From: Laetmonice hystrix
Taxonomy: Eukaryota
Assembly: GCA_965235115.1 (NCBI GenBank)
Contig: OZ249439.1
Span: 8,928,001-8,992,000 of the forward strand
Reading direction: 5' to 3'
DNA: 64,000 bases
This document shows, piece by piece, positions 1 through 13,503 of this stretch. The translations under genes and the position numbers were made by a program. The notes beneath the pieces were generated by a model that did no database searches, was not told where the DNA came from, and saw only the letters and a list, made by a program, of their open reading frames with translations. Numbering within the stretch: position 1 is the stretch's first letter; every line of letters begins with the position of its first letter.

Positions 1-792
1 TGACAAATGTGACGTTTCACACCCGTTATGTTGGCACGATCTGTCGGGTATGTATAATTCACACCAACATATATACAGGTGGCCTTTCACAGAGAGGCCG
101 GGCGCTGTCCGCTCTGGCTGCTGGTACGTTTAACGCGCACTGTCTGTTCAATACTGCCACATTATCACCTCTCACGAACACCACTCGGATCGCTATGCTT
201 TTCGATCCATCGTGTTCACAGGTCGGATCGCTTGCACCGGCTCTATGATCGGCTACACTATGGCAACGCATTGAGGTATTATTGTCGAGAATACCTCCGT
301 CAATAGATACATCCACGATGAATGACCATCAAGGCTTGACTGCGTGCAATAAACACCGACGCCACGCTAAAATAATGGAGTAAAAACCCGATCAAATGGT
401 ATCATTCTATCACTTCATGCAAAAAAACATAAAGGCTATGCGTGAGATGATTAAATACTTATGAATCTGGACGATGCGATCGCTGATGGCCGCAGGGTAG
501 ATTCCATTAAGGGGCCCGTGCGCCAATCATACCAAACGGAAGTACTGATATCGTGTTAAAGTCGACCCGTTCTTCCATAATTGAATACATGCGCACTGAA
601 ACCCGTGAACGGAGTAGATGCAGCAGGCACAGGCCATTGTGAAGGTAATTCACACAATAAGAACTGGGATGGAAATGGAAAGGGTTATAATATCTTTTGA
701 TTACCTCAAGAACACACAATTATTCATCATACAATTACACGTCCCTTACACTCAAACCTGCTAGGCTCCTACCTCTTCAGGTATCTGTCAAT

Positions 793-794
<2 letters not shown>

Positions 795-828
<34 letters not shown>

Positions 829-830
829 AT
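795..830. repeat. (AAAT)n microsatellite
   Basis: About 9 perfect units. Confidence 0.95.
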
Positions 831-1346
831 CAACAAACGAAAACAGTTAATGAAATCAGTAAATAAATAAATAGATAAATAAAGTTAGATTCATTCCGAC
901 ATAATATGCATGGAACTACACATATATCCCTGACATAAAGGAAAGACTATCCAAGAAGATAGGCCTCCCGTGACAGAGGGTCATAAATCTTGACATTATA
1001 AGGGAGTGTATTGATTTCTAAATTGCAAGCAACAGTTGAAACTCAGTTTTCGTTTTTACAAACGCTTATTAAAGTGGTCACGGAAATGGTCAATCACGCT
1101 CATAAGGCTACACAATGATTTCTATAGTTGTCTCGCCAGTATGCTACTTGTAAAGTCAACACAACCTTCACTTATTGCCACCAAACATTCCTTTATATGC
1201 GACCAATTGGTGCTCGTACGGGCTGATTGTGGAAGAGTCAACATCAGCCACATTTTACTAAAGCGTGGCCAAAAAATGTAATGATTCAGAACTTTTGGTT
1301 ATTATCCTGGTTGCATTCTTCTTTTTTTTAATTTGCCGAATACCTC

Positions 1347-2282
1347 ACTTTTGATATACTACTTGCATACCCCCTCGTAGAGAACTCCGAAAAGTTAAGC
1401 TGAGCCCGGCAGATACTAATACTTTTGATATACTACTTACAAACCCCTCGCACAGAACGCCGAAAAGTTAAGCTGAGCCCGGCAGATACTGCTACTTTTG
1501 ATATACTACTTGCATACCCCTCGCAGAGAACTCCAAAAAGTTAAGCTGAGACCGGCAGATACTACTACTTTTGATATACTACTTACATACCCCGCGCAGA
1601 GAACTCGGAAAAGTTAAGCTGAGACCGACAGATACTACTACTTTTGATATACTACTTGCAAACCCCTCGCACTGAATGCCGAAAAGTTAAGCTGAGCCCG
1701 GCAGATACTACTACTTTTGATATACTACTTACAAACCCCTCGCACAGAACGCCGAAAAGTTAAGCTGAGACCGGCAGATACTGCTACTTTTGATATACTA
1801 CTTGCAAACCCCTCGCACTGAATGCCGAAAAGTTAAGCTGAGCCCGGCAGATACTACTACTTTTGATATACTACTTACAAACCCCTCGCAGAGAACGCCG
1901 AAAAGTTAAGCTGAGCCCGGCAGATACTGCTACTTTTGATACTACTTACATACCCCTCGCAGAGAACGCCGAAAAGTTAAGCTGAGCCCGGCAGATACTG
2001 CTACTTTTGATATACTACTTACATACCCCTGAAACAGAACGCCGAAAAGTTAAGCTGAGACCGGCAGATACTGCTACTTTTGATATACTACTTACATACC
2101 CCTCGCACAGAACGCCGAAAAGTTAGGCTGAGCCCGGCAGATACTGCTACTTTTGATATACTACTTACAAACCCCTCGCAGAGAACTCCGAAAAGTTAAG
2201 CTGAGCCCGGCAGATACTGCTACTTTTGATATACTACTTACTTACCCCTCGCACAGAATGCAGAAAATTTAAGCTGAGCCCG
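1347..2282. repeat. 73-bp minisatellite, about 13 copies
   Basis: Unit gatactgctacttttgatatactacttacaaacccctcgcagagaacgccgaaaagttaagctgagcccggca; 73-bp spacing checked (1412, 1485). Confidence 0.95.
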
Positions 2283-2340
2283 TATACACCTTCCACGTCC
2301 TACTACAGGGTATAAAGGCTGATACTGGTGGGAAACCGAA
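2246..2340 (-). CDS. Candidate exon abutting the 73-bp array
   Basis: Acceptor tttgtggcattctttgtgtag, donor gtaagt, 95 nt, open in phase 2-1 (SVSHQYQPLYPVVGRGRCIRAQLKFSAFCAR). Product not recognised. Confidence 0.25.
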
Positions 2341-2852
2341 CTACACAAAGAATGCCACAAATTAAAATACAAACCTTTGTAGCCTAAACTTGCATCAGGC
2401 AAAAAGTCAATTTTTTGGTCAGACTCTACAGAGTGAGTATCTGTGGACGTCGTGCCAACCAGTTTGGTTTCCGACACTACTCCCAGTCTGAACACTACGT
2501 CTGTTCAGTGTTAAACAGTGTACTTCCAGAAATAAAGGTATGGGTATATTGATGTGTCTAAGGGGAAGCTATGACAGTTGAATGAAAGGTGTTATTCTCT
2601 GACCTTGTTTAAAGGTGCCATTTCCGCCGGCGGTATGAATGGGGCGGTCAATATGACGGGTGGGCTCGGGGGGCGTCGCCAGCCAGGTAATCTGGACAAC
2701 AGGCGTTTCCGTTACCAGGGAACACTGTGCAGAATATGTATCGATCGAGTCACGTGACCGAGTAAGCTTTTGTTGGAATATCCTCCCGGAAGTGGTGTTG
2801 GATACACCGGAAACAAACTGGAAGGGGCTCGAAAAGTTGTGACGAGTAGTGA

Positions 2853-3716
2853 AGGACGCGGGCTGGTGTAGGCGGTTGGACCGGGGTGCCTGGGTCAGGA
2901 CGCGGGCCGGTGTTGGCGGTTGGACTGGGGTGTCTGGGTCAGGACGCGGGCCGGTGTTGGCGGTTGGACCGGGGCACCTCGGTCAGGACGCGGGCCGGTG
3001 TTGGCGGTTGGACCGGGGTGCATGGGTCAGGACGCGGGCCGGTGTTGGCGGTTGGACCGGGGTGTCTGGGTCAGGACGCGGGCCGGTGTTGGCGGTTGGA
3101 CCGGGGTGTCTGGGTCAGGACGCGGGCCGGTGTAGGCGGTTGGACCGGGGTGTCTGGGTCAGGACACGGGCCAGTGTAGGCGGTTGGACCGGGGTGTCTG
3201 GGTCAGGACGCGGGCCGGTGTAGGCGGTTGGACCGGGGTGTCTGGGTCAGGACGCGGGCCGGTGTTGGCGGTTGGACCGGGGTGCCTGGGTCAGGACGCG
3301 GGCCGGTGTTGGCGGTTGGACCGGGATGCCTGGGTCAGGACGCGGGCCGGTGGTGGCGGTTGGACCGGGGTGCCTGGGTCAGGACGCGGGCCGGTGGTGG
3401 CGGTTGGACCGGGGTGCCTGGGTCAGGACGCGGACCGGTGGTGGCGGTTGGACCGGGGCGCCTGGGTCAGGACGCGGGCTGGTGTAGGCGGTTGGACCGG
3501 GATGCCTGGGTCAGGACGCGGGCCGGTGTAGGCGGTTGGACCGGGGTGCCTGGGTCAGGACGCGGGCCGGTGTTGGCGGTTGGACCGGGGCGCCTGGGTC
3601 AGGACGCGGGCCGGTGTTGGCGGTTGGACCGGGGTGCCTGGGTCAGGACGCGGACCGGGATGCCTGGGCCAGGACGCGGGTCGGTGTTGGCGGTTGGACC
3701 GGGATGCCTGGGCCAG
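2853..3716. repeat. 44-bp G-rich minisatellite, about 19-20 copies
   Basis: Unit ggacgcgggccggtgttggcggttggaccggggtgtctgggtca. The overlapping ORFs at 44-bp offsets are artefacts. Confidence 0.95.
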
Positions 3717-4413
3717 GCGCCGGGAGCCGAGCGTTTGGGCTGGGGCTGTTATTGAGAACAGGGCGGCCACCAGGCCGGACCCCATTAATGCCATTATTCT
3801 ATTCACACTGACGGTTTAGCCGGCAATAGCAGCGCTGCATCAATAGCGGAGTCAGCTTTGATGGCGCTATCAATAAAAGCAGGCGTTAATGTAGTCATTA
3901 TGGCAGCCCGGTCAACAGGCGTCCCCCGTTAACGAACCCCTCAGTAATTTATCGGGACGCCTGCCTTCAATATATATATCACTAGTCGGCTGCACCCACT
4001 GCTCCCGTCTTCATCTCATTGTTTAGGTCCCGGCCGGGAGTGTGAACCTGTTGTTGTCTTTATGTGTTCTTTGATTCAGACACGGGCATGACCTGGAGTC
4101 ATTGCTTCAGTGGTAGCATTGAGATTTAGTCTATCAAAGTGGATATGGGTAGGGAATAATTATGGCTACTCGATATAAGACAGCTTCCAGTTGAGGCGTA
4201 GAGTAATGGGAGATAGGATTATTAAGGATTGCTTATTGGAGGTCGTAACGAGTTATAGAGGCTGGCGGGAACAGTGGGGGTTATAGACGTGCAGACCTAT
4301 CAACTGGGGATGAGGTCCATATACATGAAACATATTACAATAAGGTGGTTCTTGTCCCATCCATCAACAAATTCATGTGTTCAATCTTCTGACTTTGCAT
4401 CCCTGACCGACCC

Positions 4414-5345
4414 ATGAAATGACCCAAGCCCGACCCATCAACTGACGCTGTACCGGGGCGCCACCCATCAACTGACTGTGCCCCAGCCCGACCCATCAGC
4501 TGACGTTGTACCGGGGCGCCACCCATCAACTGACTCTGTGCCCCAGCCCGACCCATCAACTGACGCTGTACCGGGGCGCCACCCATCAACTGACTGTGCC
4601 CCAGCCCGACCCATCAGCTGACGTTGTACCGGGGCGCCACCCATCAACTGACTCTGTGCCCCAGCCCGACCCATCAACTGACGCTGTACCGGGGCGCCAC
4701 CCATCAACTGACTGTGCCCCAGCCCGACCCATCAGCTGACGTTGTACCGGGGCGCCACCCATCAACTGACTCTGTGCCCCAGCCCGACCCATCAACTGAC
4801 GCTGTACCGGGGCGCCACCCATCAACTGACTGTGCCCCAACCCGACCCATCAACTGACGCTGTACCGGGGCGCCACCCATCAACTGACTGTGCCCCAACC
4901 CGACCCATCAACTGACGCTGTACCGGGGCGCCACCCATCAACTGACTGTGCCCCAACCCGACCCATCAGCTCACTCTGTACCGGGGTGCCACCCATCAAC
5001 TGACTCCGTGCCCTAGCCCGCTGTACCGGGGCCCCACCCATCAACTGACTGTGCCCCAGCCCGACCCATCAACTGACGTTGTACCGGGGTGCCACCCATC
5101 AACTGACTCCGTGCCCCAGCCCGACCCATCAGCTGACGCTGTACCGGGGTACCACCCATCAACTGACTCCGTGCCCCAACCCGACCCATCAGCTGACGCT
5201 GTACCGGGGTGCCACCCATCAACTGACTCTTGGCCCTGTCAACTGACTCTATATGCCCCCTGTCCCGCCCATGAGTTGACTGTACCCAATCAACTGACTC
5301 AATGACCTCTATCCTACCCATCAGTTGACTGTTCCCCATCAGCCG
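4414..5345. repeat. 58/60-bp minisatellite with 118-bp higher-order unit
   Basis: Units built from two acccatcaactgac sub-units alternate 60 and 58 bp; identical ORFs recur at 4468, 4586 and 4704. Confidence 0.95.
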
Positions 5346-6512
5346 ACTGCGCCCTGTGTCAGACGTGCCCGCTCACAGTAGCGAGGTGTCAGCCCACCAG
5401 TCTGGACGTGACGGCCGTCTCTGTACACCGTGCCATCGGTAAACAAAGGATGGTGCTGGGGCAGGTGCAACCAGAGGTAATACCATCGGTGGGCAGGCAT
5501 GGGAGGACGATTACGGCAGGTTTCGGGAGGGTAGCGGTGGAGGGGGGGGGGGACAGGTAGGTAGAACCATCACGTCGGTGCAGGTGCTACTGTCACCAGC
5601 CTCATCCTTCCCCTACACTACAGTCGGCGCCTTTCGACGCACCTGAGTGGTTCCTAGATTAAAGCAAATCTTCTCAGGTTTATTGATCGATGCTGTTCTC
5701 AGGAAATACACAGTGGGCAGATCGCTGAATAAACCGCTCCAAAATGGGGGCATTTGGGATAGTTGAGATTACTTTGAATGAGGTGAAGGAACGCTGTGGT
5801 AAGCCGGTATTCTGGTCGGCCATCAGCCTGGGTTGACCGGCACGGGCTCGGCTTAAGTTCAGCCAAGGATCGCTTCCCGGCCCGGGGTCACTGTCGGCCG
5901 CCTCTCCATCTATTCATCCCGCAATTCCAGTTGTTTTTCGAAAAATAAAACACCGTTCGTCGCTCGCCCATATAACATGTCCATATGTTTGCCCAGAAAG
6001 CCATAACTTGTACCGCTATTTGTCCGGAGAAACTGTGTCAATTATGTTTACAGAGACAACATTGCCATAACAAGACCATCTGAAGCACGGGCATGCGCAG
6101 AGAGCGGGGCGGCGTGTAGTGGGCCCTTACCGCCCGTCATATCTCAGACGTATCCTGTGCTTGAAGAGGAATTCCCTTTTTACCGACACACTACATCTTC
6201 CCCTCCTACTATCATAGCGAGGTTTATTAGATCACGAACACGAGGTGGGCGGCTGCAGCCATATCCTCCCAAACCCTCCCTGCCTGCCACTAAGCCAGCA
6301 ATCTTCAAAGGCGCAACCCCGTTTTTTGTGTACATATGTGCGTGAAGCGCCAACAATGAGTCACTGTCCTGAGCACAACTTTATGCGAACTGCAAAAAAA
6401 GCAGCCTGATGTGCCATTACGCTTTACCTTTGAAATCATAAGACTGTCGACGCAAACCATGTGATGAAGGTTTGGCCTACAATTATTTACATTGTTACAA
6501 AAAATGTAATTA

Positions 6513-7017
6513 TCAACTGCTTCCAGTTCTCAAGTACAAGTAATTAATACGTCTTGAAAGTACATGTATCTGTGTTCTGAAGTCAATGTTCTTTTTACTG
6601 TTGGAAATATGGCGTCCCAGGTTATGGCACCACCTGCCTGCCAGAATCTTGACTGGGCTGAATCGTAACAATATGACAGTCCGCAGGAGACGCCGATCTT
6701 CTATCGGTGTGTTTCTTCGAACGATCACTTCTGTTTAATTTTTCATGGTCACCAGTATGTTGGTACCTCACCCATACTCGGTACACCGTTTGACGGCAGC
6801 AGTGAAGACGTCTGGCTATATCCAGCATCGAATCACCTTCCTCTCTCAGAGAAATGAGTCCTTGACGTTCAGCCTTTGTAAGTTCCCGTACCTTCGGCAT
6901 AGTAGTAGCAAAATGAACACCCTTTTACAGTCTGATCTGGTCGGTATGAAACACCCTCTCACCTGTTATACTGTGAAGTGCTATTTGGAGTATGCTGCAA
7001 TACTTTTGGCCAGTACA
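6513..7017 (-). mobile_element. Degenerate, truncated Tc1/mariner DNA transposon (5' part)
   Basis: ORF 6900-6622 MPKVRELTKAERQGLISLREEGDSMLDIARRLHCCRQTVYRVWVRYQHTG matches the Tc1 N-terminal paired-like HTH. It continues after a frameshift as DRRLLRTVILLRFSPVKILAGRW. A Tc1-like terminus GTACTGGCCAAAAGTATTGCA lies at about 6995-7015. No DDE domain or second TIR was found. Confidence 0.8.
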
Positions 7018-8704
7018 GAGACTATTTCTAGTTCCACCTTCTATCACATGAGGCATGCAGGTAGAAACACCAGATTCTATCTGTGTGACATTATCTTTGA
7101 AGGATCTTTATTTTTATTTTGATGGTATTATTAAGGTAAAAAGAAATTTTCGTTTTGAAGGGACGCTGAGATGGGGGTATTATTCTACCTTATGTCCTAT
7201 GTTAGAGAATATTCAATTAATGCTCATATGAATAGTACATTCCAAGCAGTCAGTACAAAGGATAAAAAACATAAACTGCGGCTTCCGTTTATCTAAGTTT
7301 TATATAATTACATTTACCTTGTTTACTACAGTATATGTGCGAGCAGTCAAAGGAAAAAGTATAGTGGATGTTTTACATAAATGATTAATAACATTTCCTT
7401 AATTGGATCCTTCCGTAAACGTTATTTACATACTTTTCGCTTTAATCAACAAAGAACAGTAGGTGCCGTATTGATGGATCGCATAGACCATTCTTCACTG
7501 TATCTTCTCTAAACACACACAGAGGTTCCAACCCGTCGAGTGATCAAGCAGCGACGATCAGACCTTTTTTCTGTGTCGCTTAATGAGCGTTACAGAGACG
7601 GTCCACTCCTGATTTTAAATCAAGGCAATATATCTCGGCGGACGGTGTATGGCACAAAGGATTGCCGCCATGGCGGGGCAGCGTTCACTATCGGGACAGA
7701 ACGTCATCGATGATAACGTCTGGACATGCTGATAACATGGGGTACGACGTCAGGGCTTTTACTTCACAACCCCCCTCCCATACCCCCACCTCACACCACC
7801 CCCATACCCCCATTGTATCAAAAATAAGGGAATATCAACACAACATTTAGGGACTTGCAAAAAATATATCTTCTTTGCCCCTGTTGATTACCTCTATGGT
7901 TCGACATGCTTATAGTACATTGTCTTATAAGAAATAATGGCTTTTGTGTAACAAAATGTTAAAATTAATAACCACCTGGATCTATTGCCCGGACTGAGGA
8001 AAGGCATCCTTTGCCGGGCTTTCTTTGTGTGCTGCATGGGTATGTATGCCCAGTGTCGAGAAGACAGTCTACGAACTTTGGCGTTTCAAGTACAATAACA
8101 ACATAAATATATCATCAGATATAACAAGTAGAAAATTTACTTGCATCAAAATGCGTATACCGGCCACATTGATCTGTATTTATTTCAGATTTATTTATTT
8201 ATTTCAGGTTGTTCCCGGAAACTTCTCATTAATTTTGCGCGGCCTGAGAAGGGGGAAGTGATAATCCTAAAATGGGGCCATTTTCTATTGTGACCCATAA
8301 AATCTTTTTTAATATCCTTCGGTACGATACAAGGCCATTGTTAGCCGATAGCCAGGCGTTATTCACCACCTCATTCAATACTGTGAGCTGACCGGCTGTT
8401 TGTCAGTGTCCGGAATCTGTGTACCGGCCAACAATACTTGACCTTTTTTACATTAGTTAAAATACGATCGAAGTATATTCAAGTGACGCTTCCTTAATAA
8501 TAACCCGAAACGCTGTCCGCCTCAGAGCTGTTAGTTTGACACCTGGGCTTGCCTTCTATTTCGTAAAATGACTCCAGTCTTAAAAGTCAAACGTATCTTC
8601 GTGATTGCACATCACCAGGCAATCAAAAGCCATAAAACCTTTTTAAAGTCTAAAGATTGGATTCATTTTACGAACTAAAGACCGGGCCCCTAGTGTCGAG
8701 CCAG

Positions 8705-8760
8705 TGTATTTATTTACTTATTAATTAATTAATTATTTACTTATTTTTTAAGTTTGTATT

Positions 8761-8790
<30 letters not shown>
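8705..8790. repeat. Imperfect (ATTT)n tract
   Basis: Directly visible. Confidence 0.85.
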
Positions 8791-8791
<1 letters not shown>

Positions 8792-8846
8792 TAGAAACGC
8801 TGTCCGCTTCAGAGCTGTTAGTTCGACACCTGGGCTTGCCTTCTAT

Positions 8847-9027
8847 NNNNNNNNNNNNNNNNNNNNNNNNNNNNNNNNNNNNNNNNNNNNNNNNNNNNNN
8901 NNNNNNNNNNNNNNNNNNNNNNNNNNNNNNNNNNNNNNNNNNNNNNNNNNNNNNNNNNNNNNNNNNNNNNNNNNNNNNNNNNNNNNNNNNNNNNNNNNNN
9001 NNNNNNNNNNNNNNNNNNNNNNNNNNN
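8847..9027. other. Assembly gap (181 N)
   Basis: N run. Confidence 1.
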
Positions 9028-12000
9028 TTCCGTTATTTCTATACCATATCGCGGCGGTTACCTTTTTAATATGTCTAATACAGTGTTCCTTCCTTCAATA
9101 ATTTATCATCTTCACCAAAGGTATCTCATGTTCAATTAATGCAGTCTGCTGCCCACTCAGCTCTGCCCTTTGTGTACCAGCATAACTTCTAAAGTAGCCA
9201 CAGCATTACACCGAGATGTAACCATCACCGGTCACGCTACAAAAATTATACACACCCCGTCCCAATTACTCTACCTCGCCACTACACCTTCGACTAGTGA
9301 TGAATAACTCTCTGGTACACTGCCCGCAACTAAGTGTTTTACTCAATGAAATGCAAATGTTTTCTGACCAGAGGCGGTGTCCACCTGAATGACAATGTCG
9401 ACTAAAGTTGACTGAACAGAAAATAAAATGCTCAAGTACTTGTAAAAGAAGAAAAAAACTGCACGCCCCTATGCAGTGGGTGCACGGGAAGAGGTCTTTT
9501 AAGATGGAATTACTTTAAAAAGAAAGGAAGATCCACTTTCAGTTATCGCGCATGACCAAATAGAATATAGAGGTAACTCCTATTGTTTTATACCAATTCT
9601 GTCTTTTTTTGCGTTTGAAACAACAATCCTCTTTTTAATATTTCCTTTTTTCATTAATTTTGTATCGGATACCCATGGGAAGAACTTCATACCTGGCCGA
9701 CTGGAGGCCCAGGTGCAGGCGTTCCTTCAAACCTACACGACCTTACAGCTAGTCGTATTCCACGTACTCCACTCTCAACTTGGCATGTGTATAAGCTAGT
9801 CGTCAAGTGCTTCAAACTGAAGATGATCTCTTTGCCTGTGCCGGGGGACTCGTGCGGTTTCCCTCGACACGCAGATACAAGCCATATTTACATGCTGCAT
9901 ACCTTTGAAGGCGTTCAGCAGTGCAAAAGTTTTTACCTCCGATTACGCTTAAATGCCCCCACTTAGAATCGATAAGAGAGGAGAGTCTTATTGAGGGATG
10001 TGTATGACTTTGTTCGTCGCGTCATGCACCAAGCATAGGGATTTACACTGGTGGTGTTCTCGAGCCACACAAACGCTTTCTGTATAAACCTAACCCAACG
10101 CCAACCACCAGGGGCGCGGGGGGGGGGGGGGTGAGGGGATTTCTTTGGTAGGCGCACATTAATATCATGTAGTCATTTGAAAGTCGAAGGAACTTAAAAC
10201 ATTGGTTCTGTATACGTACCGTATCTTACTCTGAACTCCTGATCATCCACCACTTAGGGAACAATGAAAAATACGGACACTTGGACACGCGATGAAAGCA
10301 TCGCACTCTTCAACCTACACCGTCCATGGTCACAAAGCCACCGACACCAAAACATCCTAACGTCACTGTCAAGTCAGATTTGGCATACACCTACTACTGA
10401 GGATGATGTCGTGTCATCTGTGTCACCCCCCCCCCCACAATAAAGAACAAAGATGTCAAATTTTTATGTCAAAATTTTCACCGGAGTATATCTGTGGATC
10501 TCCTAGCAGTGCTGAGTTTGGAACAAGCTGTTAACCACATCAATATCTATACTTTTCTCGCCACAACAACGATAATAGTACATTTGATGTTTTTATTTAT
10601 ATTCATTAATTTCAATTCCAATTTGCGATATTAGCTCCCTCTATTATGAATATAATTCCTGTACGAACTTTGCGCACAGCTGGCTTATTGAGCAGGTGCG
10701 GAACTGTCTGGGATTGACACTTTACATTAATATAATAACGAGTGAGAATGATAATCGGTTACACAAGAAACCTTGTCTTTTCAACGCCAGTAGTCACTCG
10801 TTTGCTATTAGTATATTGATCGCAGCTTTTAAAAGAAATCTACAGGTGTGCTTGCAATATATACCATCGATTTTCTACTACATATGCGTGCAGGGTTTCT
10901 ACAGAGCCATGTTTGGACAGCCCCCCCCCCCCAAAAAACACAAATTTAGGCTACCTCCAAGTCTTTCACCTCTCCCAATATGGACTCCTCCAGGAAACCC
11001 TAGTTATAGCGTGAACTCAGTGAACAGGTGAGGTGGGTACCCGCCTTCCCGATCAACAGTACCAGCAGACGGAAGAATGTGAAATATTGTTTAGTCCAAA
11101 CAAGATTATAATCTAATATTATATAAAAGTATATAGTTCATACCAAGAACTTTCAAACCCTTCACCTCGCATCCACTCGTTTAGAAATAAAATTCTTACT
11201 CTCGAAGTTAACATGCACATGCATTATAATTGGTGAAAGTCTCCCTACACGGCGAGGCTATCTTGACACGGTACTGCTAGCTGGAGACAGATGGCCAGTT
11301 CCAATACACCCACCTCGATGGGGTCTTTTTTTTATCACCATTGCCGGCTAAAAGTGTAGTCTACACCAGTCAAATTTTGGCGAATGGATGCTCAAATGGT
11401 CGCTCAAAATTATCTCTATCTTTCAGAGACGGTATTCTTCCCGGAATCAACCACGGATCTTGGTTATACCGCTTCCGTGTGGTGATACAATCGATGGATT
11501 TTTACCACGTTGTTGTCACTGTCACAGATTAAAATTACTAATTGTATCCGATCTGTCCGTTCAGTGTAGCGAACAATCAGTAGAACTGGAACTTTCCATC
11601 GCAGATCTCCATCAGATAACGAGAAAAGTATTTTTCAAAGAAACCCATAAACGCTTCATTATCAAAACCGGAAAAGTGGAAGCATTTTAAACTCGTAAAT
11701 GTATTAGTATCATCTGTTGATGCATTGGCCACCTTACGCAATCGGAACTTCCGAGATTTCGGTTGAGAAATAATCTTGGATGTAAGGTGCTGGTGTTATG
11801 CCTCCGCCATTTTAATAAATCGGTCACATGACTCGATCGAATCATGTGACTGAAAGTAGTTTCAACATGGCAGCGCCCGTAATACATTCGAGGTGTTTTC
11901 CTATACGGAAAGCCCGCGATGTTGCGATTGCACCTTACGGTAGCCGATAAATCAACAGATGGCTCCTGCTAAATGTTTTTATTTATTTTTTTCTCTTATA

Positions 12001-12371
12001 ATGGTCTTAAAGTTTGCATGCATACAGCTTCAGCTTACCTTTTAAAAGAGTATTCTAAGGCTATTGACCTTTGTGGCAATCACATGGTAAAGTTTGGCTT
12101 GGGTGACGCGGTTAATCAGTTATCCAGATATCATATTCTCACTTTTATTTAAGTGTACATGCGCTGTTAACTTATAGCAATGCTAACAACAGGTCCACGG
12201 TATACGAAACAAACCTTATCGTTTCAAGAAAACAGAAGTTCAAACAAATAAACTGCTTGGGGTTAAGGACTGGCACCATTAGTTAGTGATTTAAAAGTAT
12301 TGGTCCGTAACCTTGGACAGTCATGGACAAACTTCGATCGTTGTCTTTTCTCCTATAGACAAAGCTGGGTG

Positions 12372-12442
12372 CGTCAAGTGACTATGTGTCAAGTGACTGT
12401 GTGTCAAGTGACTATGTATCAAGTGACTGTGTGTCAAGTGAC
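12372..12442. repeat. 15-bp tandem repeat, about 4.5 copies
   Basis: gtgtcaagtgact(a/g)t. Confidence 0.9.
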
Positions 12443-13108
12443 CAAGGTGCCAGTTAAGGTAACTGACAGCTGTTAATAAAAGTAGGTGTCAGTTTAAGTA
12501 CAGGTGGATCTCTTATGGGTAGTTTGGCCAATTCGTTCGGGAGAAAAACAGTGTGTATACTAACACTGTAGCGGGCTCACTTTCTCCAGATTGGCTGCAT
12601 CAGATGTATTTGATATGAATTCCTCCCGGCTTCTGTGACCTTTGTGTATGTATACGTAGAAAGGATATATCTATGTCAATAAAACCATAGGGATATCACA
12701 GACAACAACTGTAATGTCAGATTCAAGAGCGCACTCGGAGCCCATCCTCTTGGAATACAATATTTTATGAGGCTGAGCACATTTATTCCCACTGCCCGAG
12801 TGTCGGTCCTCATCTCACAGTGGAAGCGCTTGCTGCACGCTATCACCAAACCTGACCGAATTCACCTATGAATAACAAATGACACAATCTACTCCTCGGA
12901 CGGTACTTTCACTGTAACGCCATCTATTCGACCTTCGACTTGAGCAGATATTTGGGAGAAACCTAGAAATAGGAACTTGGGTGTGGAAGAGCTCGGCAAA
13001 TCCGGCTACAAGGGCACCATATCCAGGGATATAGGAATCTCGCTTGGGTACATAGCCTCTCCTGGGTGGGGACGTGTAGGAGGTTGATGGCAAACAGGTT
13101 AGTCCCAG

Positions 13109-13503
13109 CAGGGGCGCCGGAAGCAAATTATTATTGGGGGGGCAAGAGAGCTGAAGCGAAAGTCATAGGCTACAACATGCTTAGTAAAGCAGGATCGGAG
13201 GCCCTCCCCAAGAAAATTTTAAAAACTACACACCTTAAAACGCTTTTCTACGCCATTTTGAGGCAGGATTTTTTATGTTTTGAAGGCGTAAATGAATAAA
13301 TTACAATGTATCAATGTTTTGTCATCAGGACAATCGACCCAGTCTTTGACGCACCCAAGTCATAGTTTCAACAGGCCTACTGTATGTGGAAAAACCTGCC
13401 TTTTTTCATTCATGATCACAGATTATTGGGGGGGCGATGCCCCCCCAACCAGATTATTGAGGGGGCGGTCGCCCCCCCTGCCCCCCCGCTTCTGGCGCCT
13501 ATG
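13109..13503. mobile_element. hAT-type MITE (395 bp) with 8-bp TSD
   Basis: Termini CAGGGGCGCCGGAAGC and reverse-complemented CATAGGCGCCAGAAGC form imperfect 16-bp TIRs. A perfect 8-bp flank duplication agtcccag lies at 13101-13108 and 13504-13511. An 8-bp TSD is diagnostic of hAT. Confidence 0.85.

Noticed and set aside
59-316. VVFVRGDNVAVL resembling the Sm2 motif of Sm/LSm proteins
   Set aside because: No Sm1 motif exon, no usable acceptor in frame, and the frame runs on into unrelated sequence. It is treated as chance; tblastn would settle it.
9-2760. RYxGTxCRxCI seen at 24-56 and about 2710-2745
   Set aside because: Short motif with low nucleotide identity and no shared splice structure; consistent with chance.
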